From Styela clava (lineage: Eukaryota): a stretch of DNA of 64,000 bases. Under the pieces are notes generated by a model, which was not told where the DNA came from, searched no databases, and was given only the letters and a program-made list of their open reading frames with translations. Positions 1 to 13,391 of the stretch are shown here, in pieces. The stretch is taken from assembly GCF_964204865.1 (NCBI RefSeq), contig NC_135252.1:5704001-5768000 (forward strand). The letters are read 5' to 3'. The position numbers and the translations under genes are program-made. The stretch's first letter is position 1. Every line of letters starts with the position of its first letter.

Positions 1-9
1 GTACCGTAC

Positions 10-2673
10 CTTAAATTCCTCAGAAATGCTTGCTCTCTCTAAATTCGGTTGTTGAACTGTGTATCCTGGAATGCAAAACAACACCATTAATGTTATCACA
101 GAGCTCCAAAGTAACTAACAAACCTTATAAAGTACCTTATCATGAATTTGACCGTAGAAGAATTTGTTCAAATTTTTATATCTATTGCTTGAATTTATAC
201 TTATAGATTTAATCCATGAACAACTGAAAATTAGATAAAAATTTAGACTAACCTCCATCAATTGTCTGTATATTTGATATGAAGTTTGTTTTAGAAGCTG
301 AGACAGATGAAGCAACTTTTCCCATTTTAAACAAGATTGGGCTGCCTGTCCCTGATAACAATAATTGAAAAAAAAAATCCATTACCAAAGACATATCTCA
401 AAATCCAAGTAATAGCCAAACATAAGAAACGCTTGATAAATACTAAATCCATCCTAATAGTTTTAAACTGGCCCTTTCTATGTTGTTAAAACCACTATTA
501 ATAACTGTCCTTTATGTGCAATTAGTATTTACCTTTCAATGTAGAAGTTTGAAGTGATGAGGCGTATGCTCCCATATTAGGATGCACAATCTTCTTCTTT
601 ACATTAACCTTCTTTGCTTGAATGTTAATAGAAGGTGATGGTTTTCTGTACACATAATTGAAAGAATATTAAATATCTTAGAGAATAGCATATCACAAAA
701 TACACTATTACAAAACCATATCTGCATTACAAATATGCGTGAATAATACCAATACAAATTATTCAACTAATTAATACTGAGGCAAGTACATATAAACAAC
801 ACTCTGTACTGTGGATGAGCATTAAACAAGACATCACTGAAAAAAACAATGTCAAATTGCATACTTTTGAGACATCATGGTCATATTGTTAGTATTCGAT
901 GGAGCCTGGACGACCGCTATACCCATGGATCGAAGTAATGATATTTGTTGCTGTGTTGACATGTCACTGCGAGAATTCAACACATCAACGAGTTTTTTCA
1001 ACGTACTTTCATCCACAACAACAGACTGAGTGGACACCTACAAACAAAAACACCAGAAAATTTACAAGCAATCCCATTGTTACATCAGTACAGGTTTTTA
1101 GATTGAAGTGTAGAGAGAGGCACATATTACAGTGAGGATCACAAATAAAAATTAACCCTTTACTCACTACTCACCTTATTTGGAGTTTGAGTAATGCTAC
1201 TTCCAATACTTGTAGGAGTGGGGCTCTTTGGAAAAGAGTTAACTCTGTGTGTCTGTGCCTTCGTCGCACTTGATTCAACTTTCTTGTAATACGGAAATAC
1301 ACTACTTGATGTTGAGTTTTTCACTACATTCAGACGAACAGCCTGAAGAGGTTGCTGAGAGTTGACAACTGTATGAGATTTCTGATCATTTGATTGAGCA
1401 AACTGGGTGAGATTGGTTGTAGATACCGGAACCGTTTTGAAAGCTTTCATCATGTTACCTTCAGACATTTTCATGACAGGCATTCTGTTGGGAACTGTAA
1501 TTTGTTGTCCAACTTTCCTAACAACACAGTATTTGGATATTTTATCTTTAGTAGGAGTTGAATTGGATCCACCGAAACCTGCCTTGTCTGGAACATCTAC
1601 TCCTCCAGCCTTCTGAACAATTGCAGAAACTGGTTTTAAAATTGACAAAGGTTTCATAACACATTTCGCATTTGATACATTAATCGGTGATGCAAATGTC
1701 ACTGTTTGTTTGAGCAAATTTGAAGGTATCGGCTGACCAAGTGAAGGTTTATTCATTCCAGTTGTTGTTACAGTCATTTCAGCACCAAAATGTTGACTGC
1801 AAAGCCTTAACAAAAATAAATATTACAATACTTGCAGTTATCTTTCTAAAAAACAGAATACCATACAGGTTATTATCATAAAAAAAATCTCAAAGTAGTG
1901 AGAAACTTCTCTATCTAGCATTTGGTAATAGATTTGAAGAGAATATTAATCTGGTGAAAGGAATTCTACATAAAAGACACATAGTTGCACTAAAACGTAA
2001 TATAGTACTTTATTGCACATCCAGGATTTTACTTTGATCCTGATATCCTGAAAATGTGATTAAATTTTGCAAAACGAAAACTAACCTTTTTCCTTTTATA
2101 TTGACCAAGTTCGTACAGCGCAAATTGTCAAAGGACACATGACTGCACAAGGATGCGACAGTAACACTACCTGCACTTGGAGAATGATCTGCCAAGTCGG
2201 ACAGAAATACTTGTTGTTGAATTCCATTCGAGTGTAACTAAAAATATTTTTCATTAGTCGCAAATTTTTTCACTGCATCAAAATATTACAAGGCAAAACA
2301 AACTAGAGAGATCTTAACTTATGTAGAGATCTAGAGTACTAGAGATCTAATTATGTAACTAATACTTGAATATATATCAATATAAAACATATTTCATGAC
2401 ATATATTTACCCTAAAAATATATATATTTATGGCCCTGGCTTATACTGCACTCCATCGTATAAGAAAAAATTCATGCTAACCTTCAATGGAGATGTTACA
2501 ATCGATCTTCCAGAAGTTGAAGAGACAGAAAAGGTTGTGCTACCACATGGTGGAGACTGCTGCAACAATGATGGGGACAGATGATCATTCAGACCTTGCA
2601 ATGTGGTGGAAGAATCCCCAAAGAGCCCATACAGTGAAATTTGTTCTCTCTGTGAGTTGTCCTCATTGTCCAT
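10..2673 (-). CDS. Partial multi-exon gene (3' end outside window); Ser/Thr/Pro-rich protein with a C-x9-C-x11-C-x2-H motif, possibly INO80D/KANSL2-related
   Basis: Phase-consistent GT-AG exons 2482-2673, 2085-2237, 1175-1805, 864-1037, 533-645, 253-351, 10-65 give one open frame (MDNEDNSQREQ...). The motif CSHVSFDNLRCTNLVNIKGKRLCSQH spans exons 2-3 and resembles half of the zf-C3Hc3H repeat (recalled similarity, not searched). Confidence 0.7.
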
Positions 2674-3796
2674 CGCTGCAGATAGTAGTCAAACTAAAAA
2701 AAAAATGTAGGAATATACACTCTGTTTTTCTAAATAAATACTTTCGAGCTAAAAATTAGTGAAACAAGTGATTCTAATCTAGACTGTGGCTCAATAAACT
2801 GCAAATTATGCCATATTAAGATATAATACAAATGTTATTATATAAAATAATCATTAAAAGTAAACTTCAGAGGCGGTACGTGTGTCATCGCATTAAACTT
2901 GACTTGTCAAATTCAGATACACCTTTCCTATTGATAAATATGAACTTGAGATAACACGAAAATTCAAGCAGATATCGGACTGAATGACTACGATTTTTTG
3001 ATAGATCTCTAACAAATGATGACTAGTAAACAATCATAATTTAACAATAGCAAAAGTAACAAACACACACTAAAATCTAGGACATGATGATCAGTATGAA
3101 TGAAATAAAAAGATCTTCATACATATGAAATGTACCTTTACAGAAATATTCCACAACCAGAATAAATACTTTATTCCTTCGAATGTAGAATAATCCTTCA
3201 AGGATTTTAATTCATTAAAATCCTCAAAAGAAGATATGAAGTCCATCATCTTTTCCATCACTGAGCTGAAATAGATTAAAGATGAATAACAACACGGATT
3301 AATTATACAGAAAACAGATAGCCACAAATATTATAACTTCAGTACAGCTAAGAATTGCACCCAGATTAAATAAAATCAATTATAACAGTAAGTGCAACCC
3401 CCTCTTTTACGAGACAGTCTGGGCCCTCCTATTGGCAAACGGGCACTGCGCAATAAACTGAAAGGAAGCGCAATCTAAAAACGTCACCTTTGGATTCCCT
3501 GGAAAAAAAATGATCTGATTTACCAAAGGAAAAAATTTTACTGTAGCATTCGCGAGTTTCAAAAAAAAAACACAATTATGTTACATGACAGACAAAGCAT
3601 GTCGCGACCGATTTAAATTATTATCGAGACAAGCATGGTTTTTATTTATTTATTTTTGTTTCCTTTGTAACTTATCTTAGGTTTCTTTTACCTCATTATA
3701 TCTCTGTGATTGTGTGCGAGTGTGTGAATTAATTTAATACTTTTACGTGAGTGACACTTCTTATGGCAAAACCTTCAATCCTCTGGCATATAATTT

Positions 3797-4247
3797 AGGT
3801 CTCATGTAGTTTCGTACCTAACATACTTCTAGTGGGTGTACCATGACAATTTTTTCATGTATCAATCCTAACCCCCACCTGACTACACCATCCAAAAATT
3901 ACATCAACACGACGTCACAGTAACGTAATAGAGCCCTTCAAACTATACGAACTGCCATCCAAGACGCGCAAACGAGCACCCGAAATCGAACAGTTATGTC
4001 TCTCGTTTTTTCGTCGCAACGATTCCAATAGGAGAGAGATCGATAATGTCAGTCAGTTCCTTATCGTCGGCGCCAATGCCATTTCGGGCGATTATACGTA
4101 TATTTGGCAAGCTCTATGAAGTGATTGTGATGTCGTAGTGACATAATTTTTGGATGGTGTAGTCAGATGGGGTTAGGATTGACATATCAAAAAATTGTTA
4201 TGCTACGCCCACTAGAAGTACGTTAGGTACGAAACTACAAGAGACCC
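3797..4247. mobile_element. MITE with ~120-bp TIRs ((A/G)GGTCTC...GAGACCC) and 8-bp TSD TATAATTT
   Basis: Long imperfect inverted termini; TATAATTT at 3789-3796 and 4248-4255. Confidence 0.9.
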
Positions 4248-4255
4248 TATAATTT

Positions 4256-4457
4256 GGGTCTAGTGTAGTTTCGTACCTCAAGTATTTCTAGTGGATCGTA
4301 GGTATACTTTGGCAAGCTCTATGAAGTGATTGTGTGTGATGTCATTGTGACATAATTTTTGGATGGTGTAGTCAGGTGGGGGTTACGATTGACATGTACA
4401 AAAATCGTTATGCTACGCCCATTAGACAGTTAGAAGTAAGAAACTACACAGAGACCC
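4256..4457. mobile_element. Second, internally deleted copy of the same MITE, in tandem
   Basis: GGGTCTAGTGTAGTTTCGTACC...AAACTACACAGAGACCC; flanked by TATAATTT at 4248-4255 and 4458-4465. Confidence 0.9.
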
Positions 4458-5176
4458 TATAATTTAACATGTTCAATAAGCTATAAAGTTATTAATAACA
4501 CAGACTAAATAGGATTTACATATGCCAACTCGCAGACTAGGGTAATGCAGTAATATAATTTTCTTAAAATTATTGTGTCACACTTCTTTTATTCTTGATT
4601 TCCAATTATTGCCAAAAGGCAGAGGGTGCAAAAAAAACTATTGCTGTATTCTGGTATTGGTTAACTTAAGTATGATATGATTCTGAAATCAACAAGCCGT
4701 GACTTGTCAGAATAATCCTAACCTAAATCAAAAGTGCTGGTGCTGCCATTTCCTTGTCTTAATTTTAATGGGTTAGTTTGGCAGGTTTGAGTCAGTTCAA
4801 TTATGAACTAACTAGTCTTGCTGAAGTGCCTAATACTTGCAGATGATAGGTACATTCGATTCTGAACTACACTGTATTGTGTTTCCGGCATATAATGTGT
4901 TGATTTGAAAATATATTCTTTTCGTCAGTTCGTCGCCATGTGCAATATCATCTACGCTACCGGGAAACAAAGACTCAAGTGACGGCAAATACACAGACGC
5001 CCCTCGAAGATTTTAATGTAGCCTAGTCATGTACACCAACACTAGCTCACATATACGCATAAAAATATTTAAACCAAATACCTCAATATTCCTCATTAAA
5101 TCCATCACTTTTGCTATATTATTAGTTCTCAGCAAATTCGTATTTATCATGGAGGAAGGTGACCAAAGCGAAAAAT

Positions 5177-5189
5177 CCAAGATGGCGGC
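5177..5189 (+). promoter_or_regulatory. YY1-type motif CAAGATGGCGGC
   Basis: Exact match to the YY1 consensus in a CpG-richer patch upstream of the first gene; a related motif (CACATGGCGAC) reads on the minus strand at ~4932-4942. Confidence 0.4.
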
Positions 5190-7892
5190 GAGCGCCTTTT
5201 CGCGGCCGTTTCACATAGCGTAACATACAACCGCCGTTGTAAGTAGAGCAATACGCGCGGCAGCACGACAAGGGTTTTTGACAGTGCATTTGAGGTGTGA
5301 AGTTGCAAAAAGGCTATTAAATCTGTATTAAAATTTTCCTTATAATGAGTTTTGCTAAAATGCGACATAAATGTTCCTTTGAACCCCAGGTGCATGGTAT
5401 GGTGATTTAATTTCTCTTCCCAAAACGGTCACATACAACAGATTCACGGCCCAAATTCCATATCCAAAGTGAGGATGAAGTCGTCGAGAGAAATTGGTTA
5501 CGCCATCAACTGCTTTTTTCTGGTTCACGACAGTTCGTTCCATGGATTTTTTTTGAAACGTGCTGATTTATTTCATAGCCTCATGTAAGTTATCGAAACA
5601 TTTTCATACCTTATTGTGAGCTGGCCCCGTATGCGATATGGTTACAAAAAGTAAGCCTTTGCGACAGACAACGGGCGTAAACCGAAGTGTTGCAATACAG
5701 TTGGACTTGCAAAAGATTATATTAAAGTTTTGGATGCTGAAATGAGTGTGAGCAACCACGGTTTTCTCAAGTGCAGGCCTTGGGAGGGGGGGGGGGTCCT
5801 GAATCAGAATTGCGCTGGAGAGAATTGGTCAATTCGCGAAAAAAGATTATATGACGTTGCGAAGTTATTAAATGCATTATTGTGTTAAACACCTTTTTCT
5901 TCAATCCTCGTTAGTACAAAACAGCTGATTTCACGGTGAAAACACACAGGCGTAAACACGATTGTTGTAAGCCAGCGGATGAATATGTATTTGCGTCGCA
6001 ACCAATCGTGACCGTTTCTCATTTATGACGTACATTTTCGCTGCAGCGAGGAGTTCAGTAGCAGCTGTTCTAAAAATAAATCCATCCACAGAGAAATGTG
6101 ATGAGGGCGACTTGCATGTTATGGCGGAGTAGCCGTTACTATGCGTGGAATTAACAACGCCTTTCGGAATACCAGAGTGCGTTGTTTCATGATTAATTCA
6201 CCGGTGAAGAATACAATCAGCCTATCATTATTTTTCATCAAAGCCGCCCAGCCTCAACAAATAGATAAGTTCAAATATATTAAGTAGACTTTCTTCACAT
6301 TGCTCACCAATATCACGTAAACGGTATTTGTGTAACATTTTAAAATAATGTCCTCCCAGAAGTCGAAACTCACCTCTGCCGGTAACTAGCGAAACGCCTC
6401 TCTTGTTTAACTTTTTGCATCTGACTAAAAATGTAGGAATGAAACGCTTCAATCTTCAACTCCATAACTAATAGGCAAAGCCCACCAGTCATACCCTACG
6501 TACGTCTGAACTATTGCCTCGGCATCATTGGTTGAAACGTACTTCGTTCGACGTAAAGAAAAAACGGACGAAGATCACCGTTGCATATGATTGATTGGCT
6601 GTATCGTACATACTGCAACTCTTTCTTATAGCAATTCAATAACGTAGTGTGTGTGGCTTTATCTTATGATTTGAATAAAATGAAGTATGGGAAGAGACCT
6701 TTTTTCGTTTGCAATGAGAGAGGAGATGAAGAAGTAGGGAAGATACACGTGTCGATAGGCGTAGTAATTTGGCCATCGCGTAGAGTGATTCCGCTCTCCG
6801 AATGTTTTGACGAGTTAAAAAACTCGGGGGTGTTTCTAGACAGTCTTTTCACTGCGATATGCCTCCGCGATCACGTGGTTTAAAGTAGCCTTTGCTTAGC
6901 CTTTTTTCGCGCTTTATGTCATGATTATCCACATTTGGCACCCGAGCTTAATAATTTCTAATATAGGTCAACTGTATGAATGACCAGAAAGAAAAAAATT
7001 ATACACTTACTCCAAGAGTAGTTTGGTTGTGAAAAACAAGACTCAGCTTCCCTGTCTTGGACTCAATACATCGGCATCTAGAATTTTTGAATGCCGGTTC
7101 ATAACTGACAAATGCAGAAGCATATTCGACAGCTCTAATAGATCACGATTGTTACATACAATCTGACCAATTCCGATATCAACGATTAGTGTCACATTTC
7201 ATATATATAGTTTTCACCCATTCAAGGTCCAACCGTATATCAATCTCATTTTTTCATCGCTTTCACGTATGTATATGATCGAGTTGATAGTTATTAGCAA
7301 TACCTTTCGAGCGCTGCCGCCATTGCTAGACCACTCGTTTTGGATAATGACTGGCTCGAATTCATCACGTGATGCGTAGTAAGTGACATTTTCTCTCGTA
7401 AACGTCACCATCCAATAGTATTCCAGTGATGTCGTTAGCATTTGTTGTCAATTTGCCCGTGGCTAGTCTTGCATGTTCGATTCCCAACTTTGACGTTAGA
7501 TCGCGCATATTTCCCTGATTGAGGCCAAGTACTTCCAAATTTTCACAAGCTTTGTCCTATTATACTGCTTATCATTACAGATCCACAAGGTTAGATAATT
7601 CTGATTATTTGCATGATTTGGAGAAATGTATGTATGTTTATTCGTCTTGTAATAGTGAAAAGTATAAATAAATTGACAATTAATAATATTTGAGATGGGA
7701 TGCATGCACAAGACCTACTGGCCTAAAACACAAATGTGTGGCGTTAGATTGAATAGTATAATATGGTCCCTTATACAGACAGTTGTGAAAGTGGGGCAAT
7801 GGGTTGGTGTGGTGAAAGTGGTCAGGGAGAAGTATACAAAACTGTTTATACATGGGAGTTTATAAGACAGGGCAATATATATAAGTAGGGAC

Positions 7893-8002
7893 GGACCTCC
7901 TGAAGTATGCGCACCAAGATGGCGCACAACCTGAACTCAGGTTGTGTACCAGGTTATGGTTCAGGTTGTGCGACATCTTGGTGCGCATACTTCAGGAGTA
8001 CC
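7893..8002. mobile_element. 110-bp Merlin-like MITE, 8-bp TSD GTAGGGAC
   Basis: ~45-bp TIRs GGACCTCCTGAAGTATGCGCACCAAGATG / CATCTTGGTGCGCATACTTCAGGAGTACC; TSD at 7885-7892 and 8003-8010; near-identical copy at 49680-49789. Confidence 0.9.
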
Positions 8003-9012
8003 GTAGGGACAACACAACACCAAATATACATAACGATGAAATTAAAATTTTGGCGTAAATGCAGCACCCTTGAGTGGTGATACCATATAATATGAATGGG
8101 CGAAGTATTGTAATACTTATGCTATAATCAGTTTTATTTATTTTGTCTTAAACATTTATTTTATCGTCTATTATGCTGATTGTGGAATCGAAATGAACTT
8201 ATACTATCCTCCACCCGACAAGACCGTTGAACGGATGCTGCACCCTGCTATATGGACCTATAGCGCCGATATCGGAAACGCGAAGCAATATTTTTTAAGC
8301 ACGTGTCCATTGAAATAAATATAATGGCCCGTACTCATCCTTTACTCGATAGCTTATATCCCTGTTTTGCTGTTTAACAGAATTGGACTCCAATTGTCAA
8401 ACCAAACAAAGAGAGAGATCTCATTAATGACCTTTCATTTCAGTCACCCCGCTGTTAATTAATTAAGAATTCGCTGATTTTATTGATTATTTAAAATGCG
8501 TAACTCCCAAACTTTTCCACTGATTGTTTAAATATGCATGCAACTGCATTTTTTGCTATAGGATCATAGGTGAACTATGTATGTCTGAAGAAGTCTGACC
8601 TTGGTGAGACGGAACGTATATACGGAAATATATTTGTGTTAGTGTGCAGCAAGACTCTTGAATCACTCAGTACAGTAGCTATGTTGTATTTTTTCTCAAG
8701 GGATGAATTATCTGTGAAAATATGTCGCAAAATCATTGATTTAAACATTTGTAATCTTCGTTGTGAATTGTCTCGGAAAATCTATATTCTTCTCATTTTG
8801 TACGCTCCCAGAATAGGTTGCTATCATAATTGGGCGTAATTTCATTGATTTTAGAGTATTTGGAACTCCATATCCAAATTTTTAAAAATTATTTTCTCAT
8901 AAAATATTAGAGATTGATAATTATTCGCATTTGGTAAATATTTGAATGCATCAAATAATGTAGTTTTAGGTTCACAGCATTGCCTATGGAACTGTTAATT
9001 ATTAAATGAGAC

Positions 9013-9188
9013 GGTTCCATTTCATTTGAATCCACGAACCCATGACAATTGCACCTGCATACTATTGCACATATGGACTTTTTGTTTTACGGATATTTGA
9101 ACCCATACTAACCTTAACCCATGGGTTTTAGCACCCGCACATAGATTGAACCCGCGGATATACACATGGGTTCAAATGTACGGTTACC
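9013..9188. mobile_element. MITE with GG...CC termini and 9-bp TSD AAATGAGAC (Merlin-like)
   Basis: TSD at 9004-9012 and 9189-9197; internal TTGCACC/TTGAACCC subrepeats; related copy at ~47135-47292. Confidence 0.8.
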
Positions 9189-9225
9189 AAATGAGACTGA
9201 CTCCAACAATATTCATAGCATGTTT

Positions 9226-9990
9226 ACTTTTATTGGACACGTAGTGGACATAACGATCGTTTCAATATTATGTTGTTGTTCTTGTTCTTGTTCTTGTTCT
9301 TTGACACGTTTTTAAAAAGTCGCTTTTCTCTTTGATTACTGGACTAATTGCTTTGAAATTTTCAGTGGTTGAAGATGAAATTTTTCTCCAGAAGGCTATT
9401 ACTTTTATTTATTTCAAATATTTCTGTTAGCTCTGTAAGATTTGTTTTTGTTTGCTATGACGTCACTAAACGTTCTGCAGATATCGGACGCCATTTTGTG
9501 TCCAACGGACCATCTTGCAATTTCAATTCACGCTGTCACAAGACAGGAGTTCTGGTACCGTAACACAGCGCGGTGACACTGAACTAACTCGTAGCTGTCA
9601 AAAGCTTGAAAATCCATACAAATATGAGAAATAAAAAGATGAAACTTGGCAGGTGGGTAGAGTTGTGTTTCTTTTAACCATATTTGAAAGTTTCGCGTTT
9701 CTACATTTGAAGGAGGGGGAATAGGGGGTGTGCATTTCCGATACGTCGATAATATCTTTGTCAACCAATTTACGGCCACCGTGTTTTCGTCTGTTTGATT
9801 GCTGTGATGTGGTGCTTTGTTTATAATTTAACGAGTTTTGTTCGAAATAACCTTGTTCTTGAAATATATGACGGTCAGAAATGCAATTAGAAGCCCAATG
9901 TTTTCACGCTGTCACAAGACCAACAATTGTCAACCAATTTGCGACCACCGTGTTTTGTCTGTTTGATTGCTGTATGTGATGCTGCGTATG
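9226..9990. mobile_element. Probable Helentron/DINE-like non-autonomous element remnants with a (GTTCTT)n tract and internal direct repeats
   Basis: T-rich start, (GTTCTT)n at ~9272-9301 followed by AATTGCTTTGAAATTTTCAG; direct repeats 9759-9816/9928-9984 and 9528-9544/9904-9920. Family call is by architecture only. Confidence 0.35.
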
Positions 9991-11677
9991 CGATAGTCTC
10001 GACGCAGCATAAACGATGATCAAGGCTTGAAATCCGTGGTCGCACACTGGTCGGTCGCAAATACGTCTTTCGAGTGCCGTACTTTGGGGATTTGTATAGC
10101 TTCAACCCTTTGTCGTAGAAAGTTAATACGAGGTTTAGCGTGTAGAATAAATGCCGCCAATGCACCCACGGTGAAAAAATTAACGGGTTAGATATATTGG
10201 TTTTTGTTTTATAGCGGTTTGAATGAAATTGTCCGCAGACTGGCTACACCACCCTAGGCCTGGTGAGTTGTCCGTGTAGTCGAATTGTCCATCAGCCCTA
10301 AACGGCTATGACAGTCACTGTACCAAAAATTGTACCCCGATTCGGCTGGTGTTAAGTTGACGCATTTTATTTAGTAACGTTTTTATCTGAAATGTTTGAC
10401 TGTGGTTCGGTACCTGATCCGATAATACGGTACATAATTGACTCATATCACGAGATATTTCAACTGATGTTTCAATTGTCACAGGACCTAAAATATCTAT
10501 GACAGTCCCTGTACCGTCACGGTACCCCGATACAGGTACTGGTAAGTCACCGCCGGTATGTTAGTCGTTGGTCACCGCATATGATTTTTGGGGAATTGTT
10601 CTGCGTGTCCATATATTTGAGCATTGCTCTCTTGTTCTATGTGTGTTTATTTTCAAATTTGTGTTAATGTAGAACATTTTCACATTTTAATTGTCCGTAT
10701 CAATATGTATATTAGAAATATTTATTCAATTGAGGAGACTAATTGTAGATCTTTGGGCCATATCACATTTAGTCTAGGCCAGATTTACCTATAGGCAAAG
10801 TAAGCGGAAGCCTAGATGCCCCAAGCCTGTGAGCGTTGCCAGAGATGCTTGAGAGGCCAGTTTAACACTTTACAAACCTGGTATTTTTTTATCAGATTGA
10901 TAATTCTTGTTGCAAATATTTATCGTTTAAAATTTAAAAAACTAAACACGATCAGATAAATGAATTCGTTTAATTTGAAACAAAAGAGTGCTAATTTGAA
11001 GTAACAGTTTGTACTCTAATAATGTCTTTATTTTTTAGGGAAAAAAGATCTATGAACATCTATACTAATTTATCTAAAAAACAACGAAGATTTATTATAT
11101 TTTTTATCGTGAACCCATTTATTTTAACATTTTATTACAGCACTGAATTCGTTAAAATGTTGTTAAATTCAACTTACTATACAATCTACATGATTAGCAT
11201 ACGCATCTTGTCTGTAATTAAAATTTCATATTTTGCGCAATCCCAATTTTTTTTTATAACATAATATATTTATATAATCCAAATGCTTACACTCGTCATT
11301 GGTATGAATACTAATACGTGGACAGTGAATGAAATCGAAAAATAAAAGCTATCGTGTAATCCTCCACACGCGATGTACTTCAAACAGTATAGAACCCGAT
11401 TCATTCCTAACTAAACTAATTTTAAATTTAATCTAAATTGATCGCTTGAATCTTCAGTGTCTCGTCCCTGGTAGTCAAGATCAAATGTGGATATGAAAGT
11501 GTATTTTTTTAGTATTTCATATAATATATATATATATATTCTTCTGCATATATGATGCAAAAACAAACACAACACTTCGTTCTCAAACAATCGATGAATT
11601 AAAACGCTAAAATAATCGAAGTTGAAATAAACGATTGTTTCTATCTTTTTGCGATCCTTGTTCACGGTTTCCGTCTC

Positions 11678-12715
11678 TCATATGTCTGTGTTCAGTGAGA
11701 TATCTTCATGTGACTGGGATACACTTGTGTGATATGGAGAAGCCACTGTGTGTGTCGCCACGGCTATTGACAGGAATTTATTCACTATAGGACAAAAAAA
11801 CCAGATAGATTGCTTCAAATTAAGTCCGTGAATTAGCAATTTTGCGAAACTTGATGCTCTCACCTCCTTCGACACTCGAATCAGTAGGATCTCGCTTTCC
11901 TCTAATAGATGGGGAGGACCTTCGAATAGCCACAGGAACTTTACTCAAGGGAGACATCCTTCGTCCAGTTGATATACCTTGATTATTTCTTCTAAAAGCG
12001 CTGCAACAAGTGTTGAATATACCGGCAGTTAAGCAAGTACATTTAATCTTATTTCAATACTTGTATAACCAAACATACATTGAAAATGTGTCAGGTAACA
12101 TACTCTGCGTTCACCGACTGACTTTTAGTAAATTCGTGGTGCATATTCTCTCATGAAAAATTTGCATTTTTTAAGCGGTAAATGTAGACGTGCGTCTCAG
12201 ATGCTTTCGTAAATAAAATAAAATGGAAATTCTATTCAGAAAACTGTTCGCGATGAATGTCAGGCTAATTTTATGGAATAGTGCGTCCTCGGATTTCTGG
12301 ATTCCTGACTATTAATGGTCTACTATAAATTTCGATAAGTTTTAATTTTTAAATAAACGAGATTGATTTCATTATGGAATAAGAATTTTTATATTTAACC
12401 AGGCAAGTCTAATTATATGATGTACCATGGCATCATGCCCGATTGCCAGACCAAGTCGTTTGTGGGAATTCTTTACCAGGTTATCTTTCCAGATGCTCGG
12501 CTTTAGATTATGATATTATGTTCAGGCATCCATGTGCCAAAAAAAGCCTTATCATCATATTCAATAAGATACGTAGTAGATAATTTCCAAAATGTCTTCA
12601 CCTCGTCCCAGCCACAATTCCCACAGGACCACTGTTACATTTCCTTTTCACGCAAAATAAGTCTCCAGATGAGTTTTTCAGCTGCTTCGAAGTTTTGAGT
12701 ATCCCGTAGTTGCTC
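11678..12715 (-). other. Putative exons of an uncharacterised transcript (coding status uncertain)
   Basis: Exons ~12426-12500, 11864-12000 and 11678-11785 splice in phase (PSIWKDNLVKNSHKRLGLAIGHDAH-ALLEENNQ...SVEG-VNKFLSIA...NTDI*), but I could not join them cleanly to an upstream start. Confidence 0.35.
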
Positions 12716-12894
12716 TAAAGTTATAATGTGAACTCAATTTAGGTTTGTCATGTTAATTAAAGTCAATGTAGATCGTTTTTTTTTTCAAGATGGTTAAAAG
12801 AGAAGTCTATATTTGTAGACATCACTTGGGCACTACAGCCGTAAGCCAGAATAACAAATAGAATTTCTCCTCATGCAAAAATCGATCATCTGGG

Positions 12895-13391
12895 CATTGA
12901 TCTTCAACCGGTTTCCGCGGAACACGAAAACGGGTTTTCCGTGAAAGACTTTCAGGAGTTCCGCGTCAAATTACTGCTTCAATTTCTTTCTATAATTGAT
13001 ATATTTTATGATATAAAATATTACAAATTTTATATCAACTTATTTGGTTTTAGGTCGAGCCTGTTGCGTGATAATTAAAAGTAACAGTGCGAATATTCTT
13101 TGAGTTTTTATGACATCATAGGAGGAATTTCATTTATTTTAATTTTTATTTAATTTATTTATTAATTTAATTTATCATTAGCATTTGTCAGTATACTAGG
13201 CAATTTGCTAATGATATCACAACGAATACAATTATATCAATTACTTTGTTATGGTGGATAGATATCTGAAAACAAAAACAGACACTCAAAAACGGTTATT
13301 CCGGAAAATTCTGAATTTTCATTTGCTGTTCAGCAAAAATACGTAATATAAGAAGTTGTCCCGAGGCTTAAAAAGGGGTTGAACATCACTG
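12895..13391. mobile_element. hAT/Charlie-like MITE
   Basis: Termini CATTGATCTTCAACC / GGTTGAACATCACTG are inverted; no TSD recognisable. Confidence 0.55.

Noticed and set aside
1780-1810. RLCSQHF resembles a THAP-domain signature
   Set aside because: The N-terminal CxxxxC, FP and W residues of THAP are absent; the spacing fits a C-C-C-H finger better.
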